From Clostridiales bacterium (GTDB lineage: Bacteria > Bacillota > Clostridia > Peptostreptococcales > Anaerovoracaceae), in contig JAWRJC010000026.1 of the NCBI GenBank assembly GCA_040307715.1, forward strand, positions 14,571 to 78,570: a stretch of DNA of 64,000 nucleotides. The letters run 5' to 3'. The notes beneath the pieces were generated by a model. The model saw nothing but the letters and a program-made list of their open reading frames with translations. It did no database searches and was not told the origin of the DNA. This document shows positions 17,372 to 26,842 of the stretch, piece by piece (the stretch's first letter is position 1; the number at the start of each line of letters is the position of its first letter). Made by a program: the position numbers and the translations under genes.

Positions 17372-18713
17372 ACGCCGCCACCCGCTCATAATCCTTTCCG
17401 TCCAGTTCCACTGTAACAGCCGTTCCTTCGGACGTGTGTTCCATGGTCCTGACCACTCCTTTATCACAGACGTAGGACAGCACATCGCCGCGCGTGTACG
17501 GGATCAGGAGCGTCACCGTCCGCCGGTCCCCGTAGAGCGTCGCCAGGATCGCTGCCAGAAGTTCCTCCGCCCCGTCCCCTGTTTTCGCGGAGAGCAGGAT
17601 GCCCGGTCTTGCCGGCAGGAACGGTTCGCCGTCCGGTCCGCAGCCGTCTGTCAGAAGATCCGACTTGTTGTAGGCGATGATCATATCCTTGCTGCCGGCG
17701 CCGATCTCACGCAGTACCTGCTCGGTGACATCCATAAAGTGTTCCATCTCCGGCACGGAAACATCGACCACATGCAGCAGCAGATCCGCTTCCGCCGCCT
17801 CTTCCAGCGTCGCCCGGAAAGCCTTGATCAGTTCGTGCGGCAGTTTGCTGACGAACCCGACGGTATCTGAAAGAATGAATCCGCGCCCTTTCTCCGGAGT
17901 GATACTGCGCTGCTCCGCATCGAGCGTCGCAAACAGCATGTCTTCGGAGAAGACCTCTTTTTCCTCTCTGCCCTCCAGCGACAGCAGGCGGTTCATGACC
18001 GCGGATTTGCCAGCGTTCGTATAGCCGACCAGCGCGACGGTCGGGATCTCGTTGCGGCGGCGCTGTTTGCGCTTGAGTGCAGCTGTCTTTTCGGCACGCG
18101 CAAGTTCCGCCCGGATGTCGTCGATCCGCGCCTGGATATGACGCCTGTCTGTCTCCAGTTTCTTTTCCCCCGGACCGCGGGTGCCGATCCCGCCGCCGAG
18201 CCTCGACAGCGACCTGCCAAAGCCGAGCAGCCGCGGCATCCGGTACCGGAGCTGCGCCAGTTCGACCTGCAGTTTGCCTTCCTTTGACACAGCGCGGCGG
18301 GCGAAGATATCGAGGATCAGAATGGTCCGGTCGATGACCCGCACACCGAGCGCTTCCTCGAGATTGCGGATCTGCGCACCGGTCAGTTCATCGTCGAAGA
18401 TCACAGTATCCGCGACCCCGTTCGCGCACATCTGCGCAAGTTCCTCCACCTTGCCTTTGCCTATAAAGGTGGCCGGCCGGGGGCGTTCCATTTTCTGTAT
18501 CACAAAACCGGCTGTTTCGCCGCCGGCTGCTTCCGCAAGCGCTTCCAGTTCATCGAGTGACCGCTGCGCATCCCCGCTGCCCAGATCTGCACCGACCAGG
18601 ATCGCGGTGAACCGGTCTTCCTGTCTGACTTCGTTGTTCTCAGTGAAATCGATCATCTTATCCCATGTGAAATACCCCGAAACGCAACAACGCGGCGCTT
18701 CGGGGAAGGTCAT
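17358..18713 (-). CDS. hflX: GTPase HflX
   Basis: HflX N-domain (ILDIFARRA...LQVELAQLRY). G-domain motifs are LVGYTNAGKS, DTVGF and NKSDL. An alternative ATG at 18656 (MIDFTENN) is possible. Confidence 0.9.
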   Translation of the reverse strand: MTFPEAPRCCVSGYFTWDKMIDFTENNEVRQEDRFTAILVGADLGSGDAQRSLDELEALAEAAGGETAGFVIQKMERPRPATFIGKGKVEELAQMCANGVADTVIFDDELTGAQIRNLEEALGVRVIDRTILILDIFARRAVSKEGKLQVELAQLRYRMPRLLGFGRSLSRLGGGIGTRGPGEKKLETDRRHIQARIDDIRAELARAEKTAALKRKQRRRNEIPTVALVGYTNAGKSAVMNRLLSLEGREEKEVFSEDMLFATLDAEQRSITPEKGRGFILSDTVGFVSKLPHELIKAFRATLEEAAEADLLLHVVDVSVPEMEHFMDVTEQVLREIGAGSKDMIIAYNKSDLLTDGCGPDGEPFLPARPGILLSAKTGDGAEELLAAILATLYGDRRTVTLLIPYTRGDVLSYVCDKGVVRTMEHTSEGTAVTVELDGKDYERVAAYDTL

Positions 18714-18727
18714 CGCGGTATGGTCTG

Positions 18728-19504
18728 CTATTTGTCCAGCCCGAGCTGTTCAAAGAACTTTTCGTTGAGGACTTTGATATGCGTCCCCTTCATCCCCAGC
18801 GACTTCGACTCGATGACGCCGGCGCTCTCCAGCTTGCGGAGCGCATTGACGATGACGGAACGCGTGATGCGGGATCTGTCCGCGACTTTGCTGGCGATCA
18901 GGATGCCCTCGCTGCCGTCCAGTTCTTCAAAGATCTTATGGACCGCCTCGTGTTCGGAATACGACAGGGTGCTGATGGCCATGCGGACCACCTCTTCCTG
19001 ACGGATCTCCTCTTCCTGCTCGAGTGTCTTGACGCGCTGGATCTCCAGCCCGACAACGGTCGCGCCGACTTCCGCAAGGACCAGATCCTCATCGGTATAT
19101 TCCGGCTCATAACGGGCCAGAATGAGCGTGCCCCACCTTTTACCTCCGCCGAGGATCGGGATGAAGGTATGATACTTTTCCTTGGTATCCTCGTCGTCCT
19201 TGAAGATCTTCAGCAATTCTTCATGCTGCAGATTGGGGGTCGTCTCCTGCAGTTTCATGAGCTCCACCCCGTAGCTCTTCGGGAACGCGAATTCGCCTGT
19301 TGCCGGATCTTCAACAAGGGAACTGTCTTCCACAACGGAGAGATCGACGCCGAGCACTTTGCCGTTCACATCTACGATATAAACGTTGCTGTCCGTCAGC
19401 TCCCGCAGCACAATACAGATATCCGTGAAAGAGAAGGTCCCTTTCGGCGATTCCTGAAGCAGCCAATTCAATTTTCTGACTTTCGCCAACACATCCTGTT
19501 GCAT
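18728..19504 (-). CDS. codY: GTP/BCAA-sensing global regulator CodY
   Basis: GAF-like N-domain plus a C-terminal wHTH (ASKVADRSRITRSVIVNALRKLESAGVIESKSLGMKGTHIKVLN). The ATG at 19504 has an AAAGGAGAA SD. Confidence 0.93.
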   Translation of the reverse strand: MQQDVLAKVRKLNWLLQESPKGTFSFTDICIVLRELTDSNVYIVDVNGKVLGVDLSVVEDSSLVEDPATGEFAFPKSYGVELMKLQETTPNLQHEELLKIFKDDEDTKEKYHTFIPILGGGKRWGTLILARYEPEYTDEDLVLAEVGATVVGLEIQRVKTLEQEEEIRQEEVVRMAISTLSYSEHEAVHKIFEELDGSEGILIASKVADRSRITRSVIVNALRKLESAGVIESKSLGMKGTHIKVLNEKFFEQLGLDK

Positions 19505-19562
19505 GCTATTCTCCTTTAGTACAGGCGGGAAATACACATATTCCCCTCATTATGTTGCTTCG

Positions 19563-19591
19563 ATTATATAGAAGAATCGCCCGTTCGGCAA
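19563..19591 (-). promoter_or_regulatory. putative sigma-A promoter of codY
   Basis: Minus strand reads TTGCCG (19586-19591), a 17 nt spacer, then TATAAT (19563-19568). Confidence 0.55.
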
Positions 19592-19602
19592 TGATATTTT
19601 TG

Positions 19603-19617
19603 ATTTTTTTGAAAAGT
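19603..19617. promoter_or_regulatory. CodY-box-like 15-mer upstream of the codY promoter
   Basis: ATTTTTTTGAAAAGT matches the CodY consensus AATTTTCWGAAAATT at 12 of 15 positions in either orientation. It sits 12 nt upstream of the putative -35. Confidence 0.35.
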
Positions 19618-19670
19618 TTCCTGTGTTTGTACAATTGATTGAATTTAAAATATAACAACAGTATCCGCAA

Positions 19671-19706
19671 AACCAAAAAGACCCGCTCCGCCTCACGGAG
19701 CAGGTC
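19671..19706 (-). terminator. rho-independent terminator after hslU
   Basis: Hairpin GACC(c)GCTCCG-cctca-CGGAGC(a)GGTC, followed on the minus strand by TTTTTGGTTTT. Confidence 0.7.
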
Positions 19707-19735
19707 TTCTGTCGGTTTTTTCCGGGGATCCGCGG

Positions 19736-21175
19736 TCAGATGATGAACTTCTCCAGATCCTCTTCCTGGATCTTCTCAATAAATTTCTGCTTGACGTAGT
19801 CCTGGTCGATAACGATCTTCTCCTGCGAAGGATCCGGCAGGCTGAAGGAAATGTCTTCGAGCAGCTTTTCAAGGATCGTGTGGAGGCGTCTGGCTCCGAT
19901 GTTCTCGGTCGTTTCATTCATCAGATATGCCATATGCGCGATCTCCGCGATCGCATCATCCGTGAATTCGATCTCTACGCCTTCTGTCTCCAGCAGCGCC
20001 TTGTGCTGCTTGGTGAGCGCGTTCTCAGGAACGGTGAGGATCTTCAGGAAAGTCTCCTCGTCCAGGTTCTGGAGTTCGACACGGATCGGGAAACGCCCCT
20101 GCAGTTCGGGGATCAGATCCGTCGGCTTCGCGGTATGGAACGCACCGGCGCCGATGAACAGGATATGGTCGGTCTTCACCGGACCGTGCTTGGTATTGAC
20201 AACGCTGCCTTCTACGATCGGCAGGATGTCTCTCTGGACGCCTTCGCGGGAAACATCCGCACCGGACTTGAAGCCGCTGCCGGACGCGATCTTGTCGATC
20301 TCATCAATGAAGATGATACCGTTCTGTTCGGCGTTGTGCAGTGCATCTTCTTCGACCTGGTCCATGTCGATCAGGTTCTGCGCTTCCTCTTCCCGGAGGA
20401 TCTTTCTGGCCTCGCGGACCGTCACCTTTTTACGCTTGGTCTTCTTGGGCATCATATCGCCGAAGATGTTGCCAATAGAGACCATGCCGCCTTCGCCGAC
20501 ATCCAGCTGGTTGCCCTTCGGCGCATCGGTGACTTCGATCTCGATGTACTGATCTTCCAGCTTGCCGTCGCGCAGCTGCTGGCGGACCTGTTCGCGCACC
20601 AGTGTGACGTCCTCGCCGTTCTGGCGGGCCGCTTCCTCTTCTTTGCGCGCCTGTTCTTCTTCGTAGAGCTGCTTCTGGGTCTTGTACCCGCCGCTGTTCA
20701 TGATGAAGTCAAACGGGCTGCTCTGCTTATCCGCGGATTTCTTGGCGCCGCCTGGCACGATGGCCTCGAGGATCTTCTCTTCCGCGATCTCATCCGCTAC
20801 AGCATACTTCTCTTCCAGACGGCTCTGTTTGGTGATGCGGATCGACGCTTCTACCAGATCGCGGACCATGCTGTCCACATCGCGGCCGACATAGCCGACC
20901 TCGGTGAACTTCGTTGCTTCGACCTTGACGAACGGTGCATCCATCAGTCTCGCGAGACGTCTTGCGATCTCCGTTTTACCGACACCGGTGGGCCCCATCA
21001 TCAGGATGTTCTTCGGTGTGATCTCTTCCTGCATCTCCTCGGACAGGCGGCTCCGGCGATAGCGGTTGCGCAGCGCGATCGCCACCGACTTCTTGGCCTC
21101 ATCCTGCCCGATGATGTATTTATCCAGTTCCTCCACGATCTCGCGGGGGGTCATTTCGTACAGTTTATTCGCCAT
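19736..21175 (-). CDS. hslU: ATP-dependent protease ATPase subunit HslU
   Basis: The sequence is [31 protein letters not shown]...[17 protein letters not shown]...[10 protein letters not shown]. The ATG at 21175 has a GGAGG SD. The longer track ORF overlaps hslV. Confidence 0.95.
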   Translation of the reverse strand: MANKLYEMTPREIVEELDKYIIGQDEAKKSVAIALRNRYRRSRLSEEMQEEITPKNILMMGPTGVGKTEIARRLARLMDAPFVKVEATKFTEVGYVGRDVDSMVRDLVEASIRITKQSRLEEKYAVADEIAEEKILEAIVPGGAKKSADKQSSPFDFIMNSGGYKTQKQLYEEEQARKEEEAARQNGEDVTLVREQVRQQLRDGKLEDQYIEIEVTDAPKGNQLDVGEGGMVSIGNIFGDMMPKKTKRKKVTVREARKILREEEAQNLIDMDQVEEDALHNAEQNGIIFIDEIDKIASGSGFKSGADVSREGVQRDILPIVEGSVVNTKHGPVKTDHILFIGAGAFHTAKPTDLIPELQGRFPIRVELQNLDEETFLKILTVPENALTKQHKALLETEGVEIEFTDDAIAEIAHMAYLMNETTENIGARRLHTILEKLLEDISFSLPDPSQEKIVIDQDYVKQKFIEKIQEEDLEKFII

Positions 21176-21185
21176 TGCGCCCTCC

Positions 21186-21722
21186 TTACAGTTTTTCCAC
21201 ACTGATGTGGTCATTGGTGTAGACACAGATCGAAGACGCGATCCTGAGCGCTTCGCGGCAGATCTCCTCCGCGGACATCTCCGTATGATGATACAGCGCA
21301 TTGGCCGCCGCATACGCGTAATTGCCGCCGCTGCCAATCGCGACGAAGTCCTCATCGGGTTCGATGACCTCGCCGTTGCCGGACAGGAGCAGCGTTGCGT
21401 CCTTGTCGGCGACGAGCATCAGCGCTTCCAGGTTCCTCATGCCGCGGTCCGAGCGCCACATCTGCGCCAGCGCGACCGCTGCGCGCTTGAGGTTGCCGCC
21501 GTGCTCCTCGAGTTTGGCTTCGAACTTCTCCCGCAGAGCGAATGCATCCGCGACCGAACCGGCAAACCCGACCAGCACAGAATTCTTGTAGATCTTGGTG
21601 ACTTTCTTCGCGCCGGCCTTCATGATCGCGGTCTCCCCCATCGTCACCTGGCCATCGCCGGCGATGCAGACATCGTCTCCCCGCCGTACCGCAACGATCG
21701 TCGTTGCTCTGAATTGTACCAT
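21186..21722 (-). CDS. hslV: ATP-dependent protease subunit HslV
   Basis: 178 aa. The sequence [21 protein letters not shown]...[10 protein letters not shown] has the N-terminal Thr nucleophile context. Confidence 0.95.
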   Translation of the reverse strand: MVQFRATTIVAVRRGDDVCIAGDGQVTMGETAIMKAGAKKVTKIYKNSVLVGFAGSVADAFALREKFEAKLEEHGGNLKRAAVALAQMWRSDRGMRNLEALMLVADKDATLLLSGNGEVIEPDEDFVAIGSGGNYAYAAANALYHHTEMSAEEICREALRIASSICVYTNDHISVEKL

Positions 21723-21734
21723 GATTCCCTCCTT

Positions 21735-23828
21735 TTACTCTTTATATCCGCACTCTTTGCTGGAGCATTCCAGCTTATCGGAGCCGGCACGCTGTTCGAC
21801 CAGCATAGCGCCGCAATCCGGGCAGCGCTTGCCGGACGGTTTTTTCCAATACGACACGGTACAGTCCGGATACCCGCTGCAGCCGTAGAACACACGGCCT
21901 CTCGCGGAACGGCGCTGTACGAGCGGTTTGCCGCATTCCGGACAATCGACGCCGATCTCATTCACGATCGGTTTCGTATTCTTGCAGTCGGGGAATCCGC
22001 TGCAGGCAAGGAACTCACCGAACCTGCCGTGACGGATGACCATCGGCTTACCGCACAGTTCACAGATCTCATCGGTCGGGGTATCCTCCACGACCACCTT
22101 CTCGATCTTTTCGTCCGCAGTCCTGAGCGCTTCCGCAAACCCGCCGTAGAAACCGCGGATCACGCTCTTCCATTCGATGTCCTTGGTCTCCACATCGTCG
22201 AGGCGGTCCTCCATCCTGGCGGTGAAGTCGATGTCCACGATGTCTTTGAAGTACTCCGTCATCATGTCATTGACGGTCTCGCCAAGCTCCGTGGGAACGA
22301 GCGATTTCTTCTCGCGTTTGATGTACTTGCGGTCCGCCAGGGTACTGACGATCGGCGCATATGTGCTCGGACGCCCGATGTCCTTGTCTTCCAGTTCTTT
22401 GACCAGAGACGCTTCCGTATATCTGGCGGGCGGCTGCGTGAAGTACTGCTCCGCTTCTTCGCCTTTCGCGGTCAGTTTCCGGCCTTCGGTGAGCGGCGGC
22501 AGCCAGCCTTCCTCGTCCTCCCCCTTCGCTGCGTAGACCTTTGTAAACCCGTCGAAGAGCGTCCGCATTCCGGTGGCGCGCAGTGTGTAGATCCCATTCG
22601 CGATGTCCACCCCCTGCGATTCGTATTTCATGGGCGCCATCTGGCTCGCGGTAAAGCGGTTCCAGATCAGTCTGTACAGTTTGTACTGGTCGCTTGTCAG
22701 CGACTCTTTGACCGCCTCCGGTGCCAGGTCCGGCCGGCTGGGCCGGATCGCCTCATGGGCATCCTGCACTTCTTTCTTCTTATTCGTATATGTGTTGCTG
22801 TGCCAGTACGCGGCACCGTAACGTTCCGTGATATAAGCCTTGGCCGCCGTTCTGGCTTCCTCCGAAATGCGCACCGAGTCTGTACGGATGTATGTCAGAA
22901 GACCCATCACACCCTCGCCTTTGACATTGACGCCCTCGTAGAGCTGCTGGGCGATCTGCATGGTCTTCCGGGTATTGAAGTTCAATTTGTTCGCCGCGTC
23001 CTGCTGCAGGGTGCTCGTCGTAAAGGGTGCCTGCGGCCTGCGCTGCTTTGTCTTCGTTTCGATACGGCTGACCGTGTAATCGCCTTCCCGGAGCGCTGCC
23101 AGGATCTCGTCCGCCGTTTTCTGGTTGCGGATCTTGATCTTCTTGCCGTTTCTTAAGAGCAGTTTTGCGGTGAAGACACCGCCTTCCTCGAACGAGGCAC
23201 TGATCGTCCAGTATTCCTCCGGCACAAACCCGCGGATCTCGTTCTCCCGGTCACAGATGATCCGGAGTGCGGCGGACTGTACACGCCCGGCGGACAGGCC
23301 GCGGCGGATCTTTCTCCAGAGCAGCGGGCTGATCTGATAGCCGACCAGACGGTCGAGCACACGTCTTGCCTGCTGGGCGTCGACGAGTTTCATATTCAGA
23401 ACGCGCGGCTTCTTGATCGCCTCTTTGACCGCATTCTTTGTGATCTCATTGAACTCGATGCGGCACGGTGTCGCGGCATCGATGCCGAGCAGATATGCCA
23501 GATGCCAGGAGATCGCTTCCCCTTCGCGGTCCGGGTCGGTCGCCAGGTACACTTTGGACGCGGCAGAGGCCTCCTTCTTCAGTTCGCGGATGATCGCCCC
23601 CTTGCCGCGGATATTGATATAGTTCGGTTCGAAATCGTCCTCCAGATCGATCCCCAGTTTGCTTTTCGGCAGATCGCGCACATGGCCGACGGATGCCACC
23701 ACTTTATACCTGCTGCCAAGGTACCGGCTGATCGTCTTCGCTTTGGACGGTGATTCCACGATCACCAGTGTCCGTTTCGCGGCGTTCTTGCCTGTCTTGC
23801 CGGTCTTGCTTCCCGCTTTTGTCGTCAT
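21735..23828 (-). CDS. topA: DNA topoisomerase I (type IA) with C-terminal zinc ribbons
   Basis: Toprim domain (LVIVESPSKAKTI), active-site region (GLLTYIRTDS), and C-terminal CxxC repeats (CELCGKPM, CPECGKPL, CPDCGAML). Confidence 0.95.
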   Translation of the reverse strand: MTTKAGSKTGKTGKNAAKRTLVIVESPSKAKTISRYLGSRYKVVASVGHVRDLPKSKLGIDLEDDFEPNYINIRGKGAIIRELKKEASAASKVYLATDPDREGEAISWHLAYLLGIDAATPCRIEFNEITKNAVKEAIKKPRVLNMKLVDAQQARRVLDRLVGYQISPLLWRKIRRGLSAGRVQSAALRIICDRENEIRGFVPEEYWTISASFEEGGVFTAKLLLRNGKKIKIRNQKTADEILAALREGDYTVSRIETKTKQRRPQAPFTTSTLQQDAANKLNFNTRKTMQIAQQLYEGVNVKGEGVMGLLTYIRTDSVRISEEARTAAKAYITERYGAAYWHSNTYTNKKKEVQDAHEAIRPSRPDLAPEAVKESLTSDQYKLYRLIWNRFTASQMAPMKYESQGVDIANGIYTLRATGMRTLFDGFTKVYAAKGEDEEGWLPPLTEGRKLTAKGEEAEQYFTQPPARYTEASLVKELEDKDIGRPSTYAPIVSTLADRKYIKREKKSLVPTELGETVNDMMTEYFKDIVDIDFTARMEDRLDDVETKDIEWKSVIRGFYGGFAEALRTADEKIEKVVVEDTPTDEICELCGKPMVIRHGRFGEFLACSGFPDCKNTKPIVNEIGVDCPECGKPLVQRRSARGRVFYGCSGYPDCTVSYWKKPSGKRCPDCGAMLVEQRAGSDKLECSSKECGYKE

Positions 23829-23892
23829 GTTTCCTCCGTACGAACAGGAAAGGAACGTCTCCTTTCCCTAGCTTTCTACATTATAAAACAGA

Positions 23893-23920
23893 ATTATACA
23901 CGTATTTTTTCAATTTGCAA
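23893..23920 (-). promoter_or_regulatory. putative sigma-A promoter of topA
   Basis: Minus strand reads TTGCAA (23915-23920), a 16 nt spacer, then TATAAT (23893-23898). An 8 bp leader hairpin, GGAAAGGA/TCCTTTCC, lies at 23847-23867. Confidence 0.55.
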
Positions 23921-23924
23921 CAAT

Positions 23925-24785
23925 TTATACCGCAAGAAAGACACGCCCCAGTGCGGTCATGACCAGCCCTTTCATTTCAAGGATACTGACAAGCCCGTTG
24001 ATTTTCCCCGCCGTGAGCCCGAGCCGCATCGCCAGCTGGTCGATCGTGACTTCCCCGCTTCTGCTGAGCAGATCGAGGATCCGCCGTTCCTCTTCCCCGA
24101 CGGTGCCGGCATAGTCCTTCTCCCACAGTGCCGTCCGGTCCGCGTTCAGGTCGGCGAGAAGATCATCCACGGTTACCAGCGGTACAGCGCCGTCGCGGAT
24201 CAGCATATTGACGCCCAGACTCGTGACCGCGTCGATGTTGCCGGGCACCCCGTAGACCGTCCGCCCCTGCTCATTCGCCAGCGCCGCGGTGATCAGCGAG
24301 CCGCTGTTCAGTCCCGCTTCGGCTACCACGACCGCCTCCGACAGACCGCTGATGATACGGTTGCGCTGCGGGAACGTGTACTTTGTGCCCCGCGTGCCCG
24401 GCGGGTATTCGCTCAATAGTAATCCCCGCTCAAGAATGTCTTTCTTAAGTTCCCTGTTTGCCGCCGGATACATCACGTCGAGTCCGTTCCCCAGGACCGC
24501 GATGGTCCTGCCGCCCGCATCGAGCGCCGCGCGGTGGCTGATCCCGTCTATCCCGATCGCCATCCCGCTGACGACCGTCAGGCCGCAGGCTGCAAGACGC
24601 GCGGCGATTTTCGCCGCGATCCGCCGGCCGTAAGCTGTGAACTTTCTGGACCCGACGACCGCCACACACCGGGTCGCAAGGAGCGACAGATCACCGGCGT
24701 AATACAGTTCCCGCGGCGGGTGGCTGATTTGTTTCAAAAGCGGCGGATAGGCAGGATCTTCCTGCCTGAGCAGTCCGATTTCCAT
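23925..24785 (-). CDS. dprA: DNA-processing protein DprA (Smf)
   Basis: The Rossmann-like DprA core is present (VAVVGSRKFTAYG...VVSGMAIGIDGISHRAAL...GTIAVLGNGLD...YP), with a C-terminal wHTH. Confidence 0.9.
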   Translation of the reverse strand: MEIGLLRQEDPAYPPLLKQISHPPRELYYAGDLSLLATRCVAVVGSRKFTAYGRRIAAKIAARLAACGLTVVSGMAIGIDGISHRAALDAGGRTIAVLGNGLDVMYPAANRELKKDILERGLLLSEYPPGTRGTKYTFPQRNRIISGLSEAVVVAEAGLNSGSLITAALANEQGRTVYGVPGNIDAVTSLGVNMLIRDGAVPLVTVDDLLADLNADRTALWEKDYAGTVGEEERRILDLLSRSGEVTIDQLAMRLGLTAGKINGLVSILEMKGLVMTALGRVFLAV

Positions 24786-24804
24786 AGTATGACTCCCTTC
24801 TCAT

Positions 24805-26325
24805 TCAATAAACGCTTTCTTCCTCCTTCGGACGGTATTGCAGCGCCTCCGCGATCTGCGCAGTGCCGACCGTCTCCTTGCCGTCGATATCCGCGATGGT
24901 CCTCGCGACGCGGAGCGTTTTGTGGAAAGTCCGCATAGACAGTCCCAGTTTTGTCCCCGCCTCCTGCAGGAACCGCTCCGCATCCGTTTCCATGCGGCAA
25001 TACCCGTTAAGCGCGGCGGCGGGGATCTGTGAATTGAACAGGATCTCCGTTCCGCAAAAGCGGACCTCCTGAGCCTGCCGCGCCCGCATGACGAGCGAGC
25101 GCATCTCTTCAGAGGTCATCCCCGTTTTCTCTTTGCCGTAGGCGACCCGCGGGATCGTAAGATGCAGATCGATCCGCTCCATGAACGGCCCTGACAGTCT
25201 GCTCCGGTAACGGCGCAGTTCCTGCGGCGTGCACGTACAGGCTTTCAGCGGATCGCCCAGATGCCCGCACCGGCATGGATTGGATGCCGCTATAAGGATC
25301 ACCTTCCCGGGGAATGTCACCGCGCCGCCCGACCGGACGATCGTCACCTTGTCCTCCTCCAGAGGCTGCCGCAGACTGTCCAGCAGATCCTGCCCGAATT
25401 CTCCCAGTTCATCCAGAAAGAGAACCCCGTAATGCGCAAGCGAGAACTCCCCCGGCCTCGGCACCGCCCCGCCTCCGAGGAGCGCCTGCCGGGTGATCGA
25501 ATGGTGCGGACTGCGGAACGGCCGCTGTTCGATCCATGGCAGGTCTTCACCAAGCAGACCTGCTACCGAGTAGATCTTGGTCACCTCCATCTGCTCCTGC
25601 CGGCTGAGCGGCGGGAGGATCGACGTCATCCGTGCCGCCATCATACTCTTACCGCAGCCCGGGCTTCCCACCATGAGCATACCGTGCGCCCCGCTCGCCG
25701 CGATGACAAAAGCGCGTTTCGCCGCGTCCTGACCTGCCACATCGCCGAAATCAAGGCCGGCGGAGCGCTGCACCGCATGCGGCCTTACGGCATTGTTCCG
25801 CTGCGGTGCGGGCAGCCGTCCGCTGATCACATCCAGTACCTGCCGCAGCGAACCGCAGGGGTGGATCGTGATATCATCCACCAGAGAGACCTCCTCCGCG
25901 TTGGCAGCCGGGACGACCACCCGCCGGATCCCTTTTTCCCTTGCGCCAAGTACGAGCGGCAGCGCGCCGCGGATCCCCAGCAGCCGTCCGTCAAAGGACA
26001 GTTCCCCGAAAAAAGCGGTGTCCGCCCAGCTGCCCAGGCAAACGCTGCCGGAAGCCGCTGTGATACCAAGCGCGATCGGCAGATCGAAATGTGTCCCCTC
26101 TTTCCTTGTCCCTGCAGGCGCGAGATTGACCGCGATTTTACGCGGCGGGTATTCTACCCCGGAGTTGCGCATCGCGGACTGGATCCTGAGCTGCGCCTCA
26201 CGGATCGCCGTTCCCGCCAGACCGACGATGTGATAACCGGGCAGACCGCGCAGGATATCGACTTCAACATGAACCAGGTCCCCGGACAGTCCTGTCAGAG
26301 AACCGCTGAGCACCCGGATCAGCAT
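24805..26325 (-). CDS. YifB/ComM-family Mg-chelatase-like AAA+ ATPase
   Basis: Lon-protease-like N-domain, Walker A (MVGSPGCGKSM), Walker B (VLFLDELGEF), and the typical C-terminus. Confidence 0.9.
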   Translation of the reverse strand: MLIRVLSGSLTGLSGDLVHVEVDILRGLPGYHIVGLAGTAIREAQLRIQSAMRNSGVEYPPRKIAVNLAPAGTRKEGTHFDLPIALGITAASGSVCLGSWADTAFFGELSFDGRLLGIRGALPLVLGAREKGIRRVVVPAANAEEVSLVDDITIHPCGSLRQVLDVISGRLPAPQRNNAVRPHAVQRSAGLDFGDVAGQDAAKRAFVIAASGAHGMLMVGSPGCGKSMMAARMTSILPPLSRQEQMEVTKIYSVAGLLGEDLPWIEQRPFRSPHHSITRQALLGGGAVPRPGEFSLAHYGVLFLDELGEFGQDLLDSLRQPLEEDKVTIVRSGGAVTFPGKVILIAASNPCRCGHLGDPLKACTCTPQELRRYRSRLSGPFMERIDLHLTIPRVAYGKEKTGMTSEEMRSLVMRARQAQEVRFCGTEILFNSQIPAAALNGYCRMETDAERFLQEAGTKLGLSMRTFHKTLRVARTIADIDGKETVGTAQIAEALQYRPKEEESVY

Positions 26326-26660
26326 TCCGCTACCCCCTTCAGATGATCGAGCAGGACTTCAACGACATCAAAGCGGACCGGTGTATCGTAGATCCTGTGC
26401 ATATGCATATAGCAGCAAGCCGCCCTGCGCATGTGGACTTGCTTGCTCCTGTCCACAGCCTCCGCCGGCCAACCGAACGCGTCACCCGTCCTGGTCTTTA
26501 CTTCTGTGAATACCAACGTCCCGCCGCGGCAGGCGATGATGTCGATCTCTCCCGCCTTGCAGCGGAAATTCCGCTCAATGATCGCATAGCCGTTCCTTTT
26601 GAGCCAGTCGGCGGCGACCTGTTCACCAAAACTGCCGATCTCTTTTCTCGTCATAGTCAT
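26319..26660 (-). CDS. yraN: YraN-family endonuclease (UPF0102)
   Basis: 113 aa. The sequence is GEQVAADWLKRNGYAIIERNFRCKAGEIDIIA...LVFTEVKTR. It overlaps the downstream comM-like gene by 7 nt. Confidence 0.85.
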   Translation of the reverse strand: MTMTRKEIGSFGEQVAADWLKRNGYAIIERNFRCKAGEIDIIACRGGTLVFTEVKTRTGDAFGWPAEAVDRSKQVHMRRAACCYMHMHRIYDTPVRFDVVEVLLDHLKGVAEC

Positions 26661-26716
26661 TCCTTTCTTCCTTGTTCCTTCTTTTCGAATTTTCCATTTT
26701 TTACCTTTTCAACGGG

Positions 26717-26745
26717 ATGATACATCGTTTTCCATATTTTGTCAA
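26717..26745 (-). promoter_or_regulatory. putative sigma-A promoter of the yraN-comM-dprA unit
   Basis: Minus strand reads TTGACA (26740-26745), a 17 nt spacer, then TATCAT (26717-26722). Confidence 0.55.
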
Positions 26746-26773
26746 TCAAATGCAGGCGTTTCTTTTTCAAATA

Positions 26774-26802
26774 CAAAAAAAGACGGTCCATGCCGTCTTT
26801 TC
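26774..26802 (-). terminator. rho-independent terminator after the Cof-type hydrolase gene
   Basis: AGACGG-tccatg-CCGTCT, flanked by an A7 run (a T-run on the minus strand) and TTT. Confidence 0.7.
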
Positions 26803-26842
26803 GATCACTCTTGCATTCCGGTCCTGCTGCGGCGGCAGTGCC

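Noticed and set aside
19736-21355. N-terminally extended versions of several track ORFs: hslU to 21355, codY to 19537, eno to 46586, rpoN to 51068, ftcD to 40041, hppA to 37967, nth to 57053, yigZ to 17485, and others.
   Set aside because: In each case an internal ATG preceded by a good SD coincides with the conserved N-terminus of the family. The extension either overlaps the upstream gene or is unconserved Arg-rich sequence.
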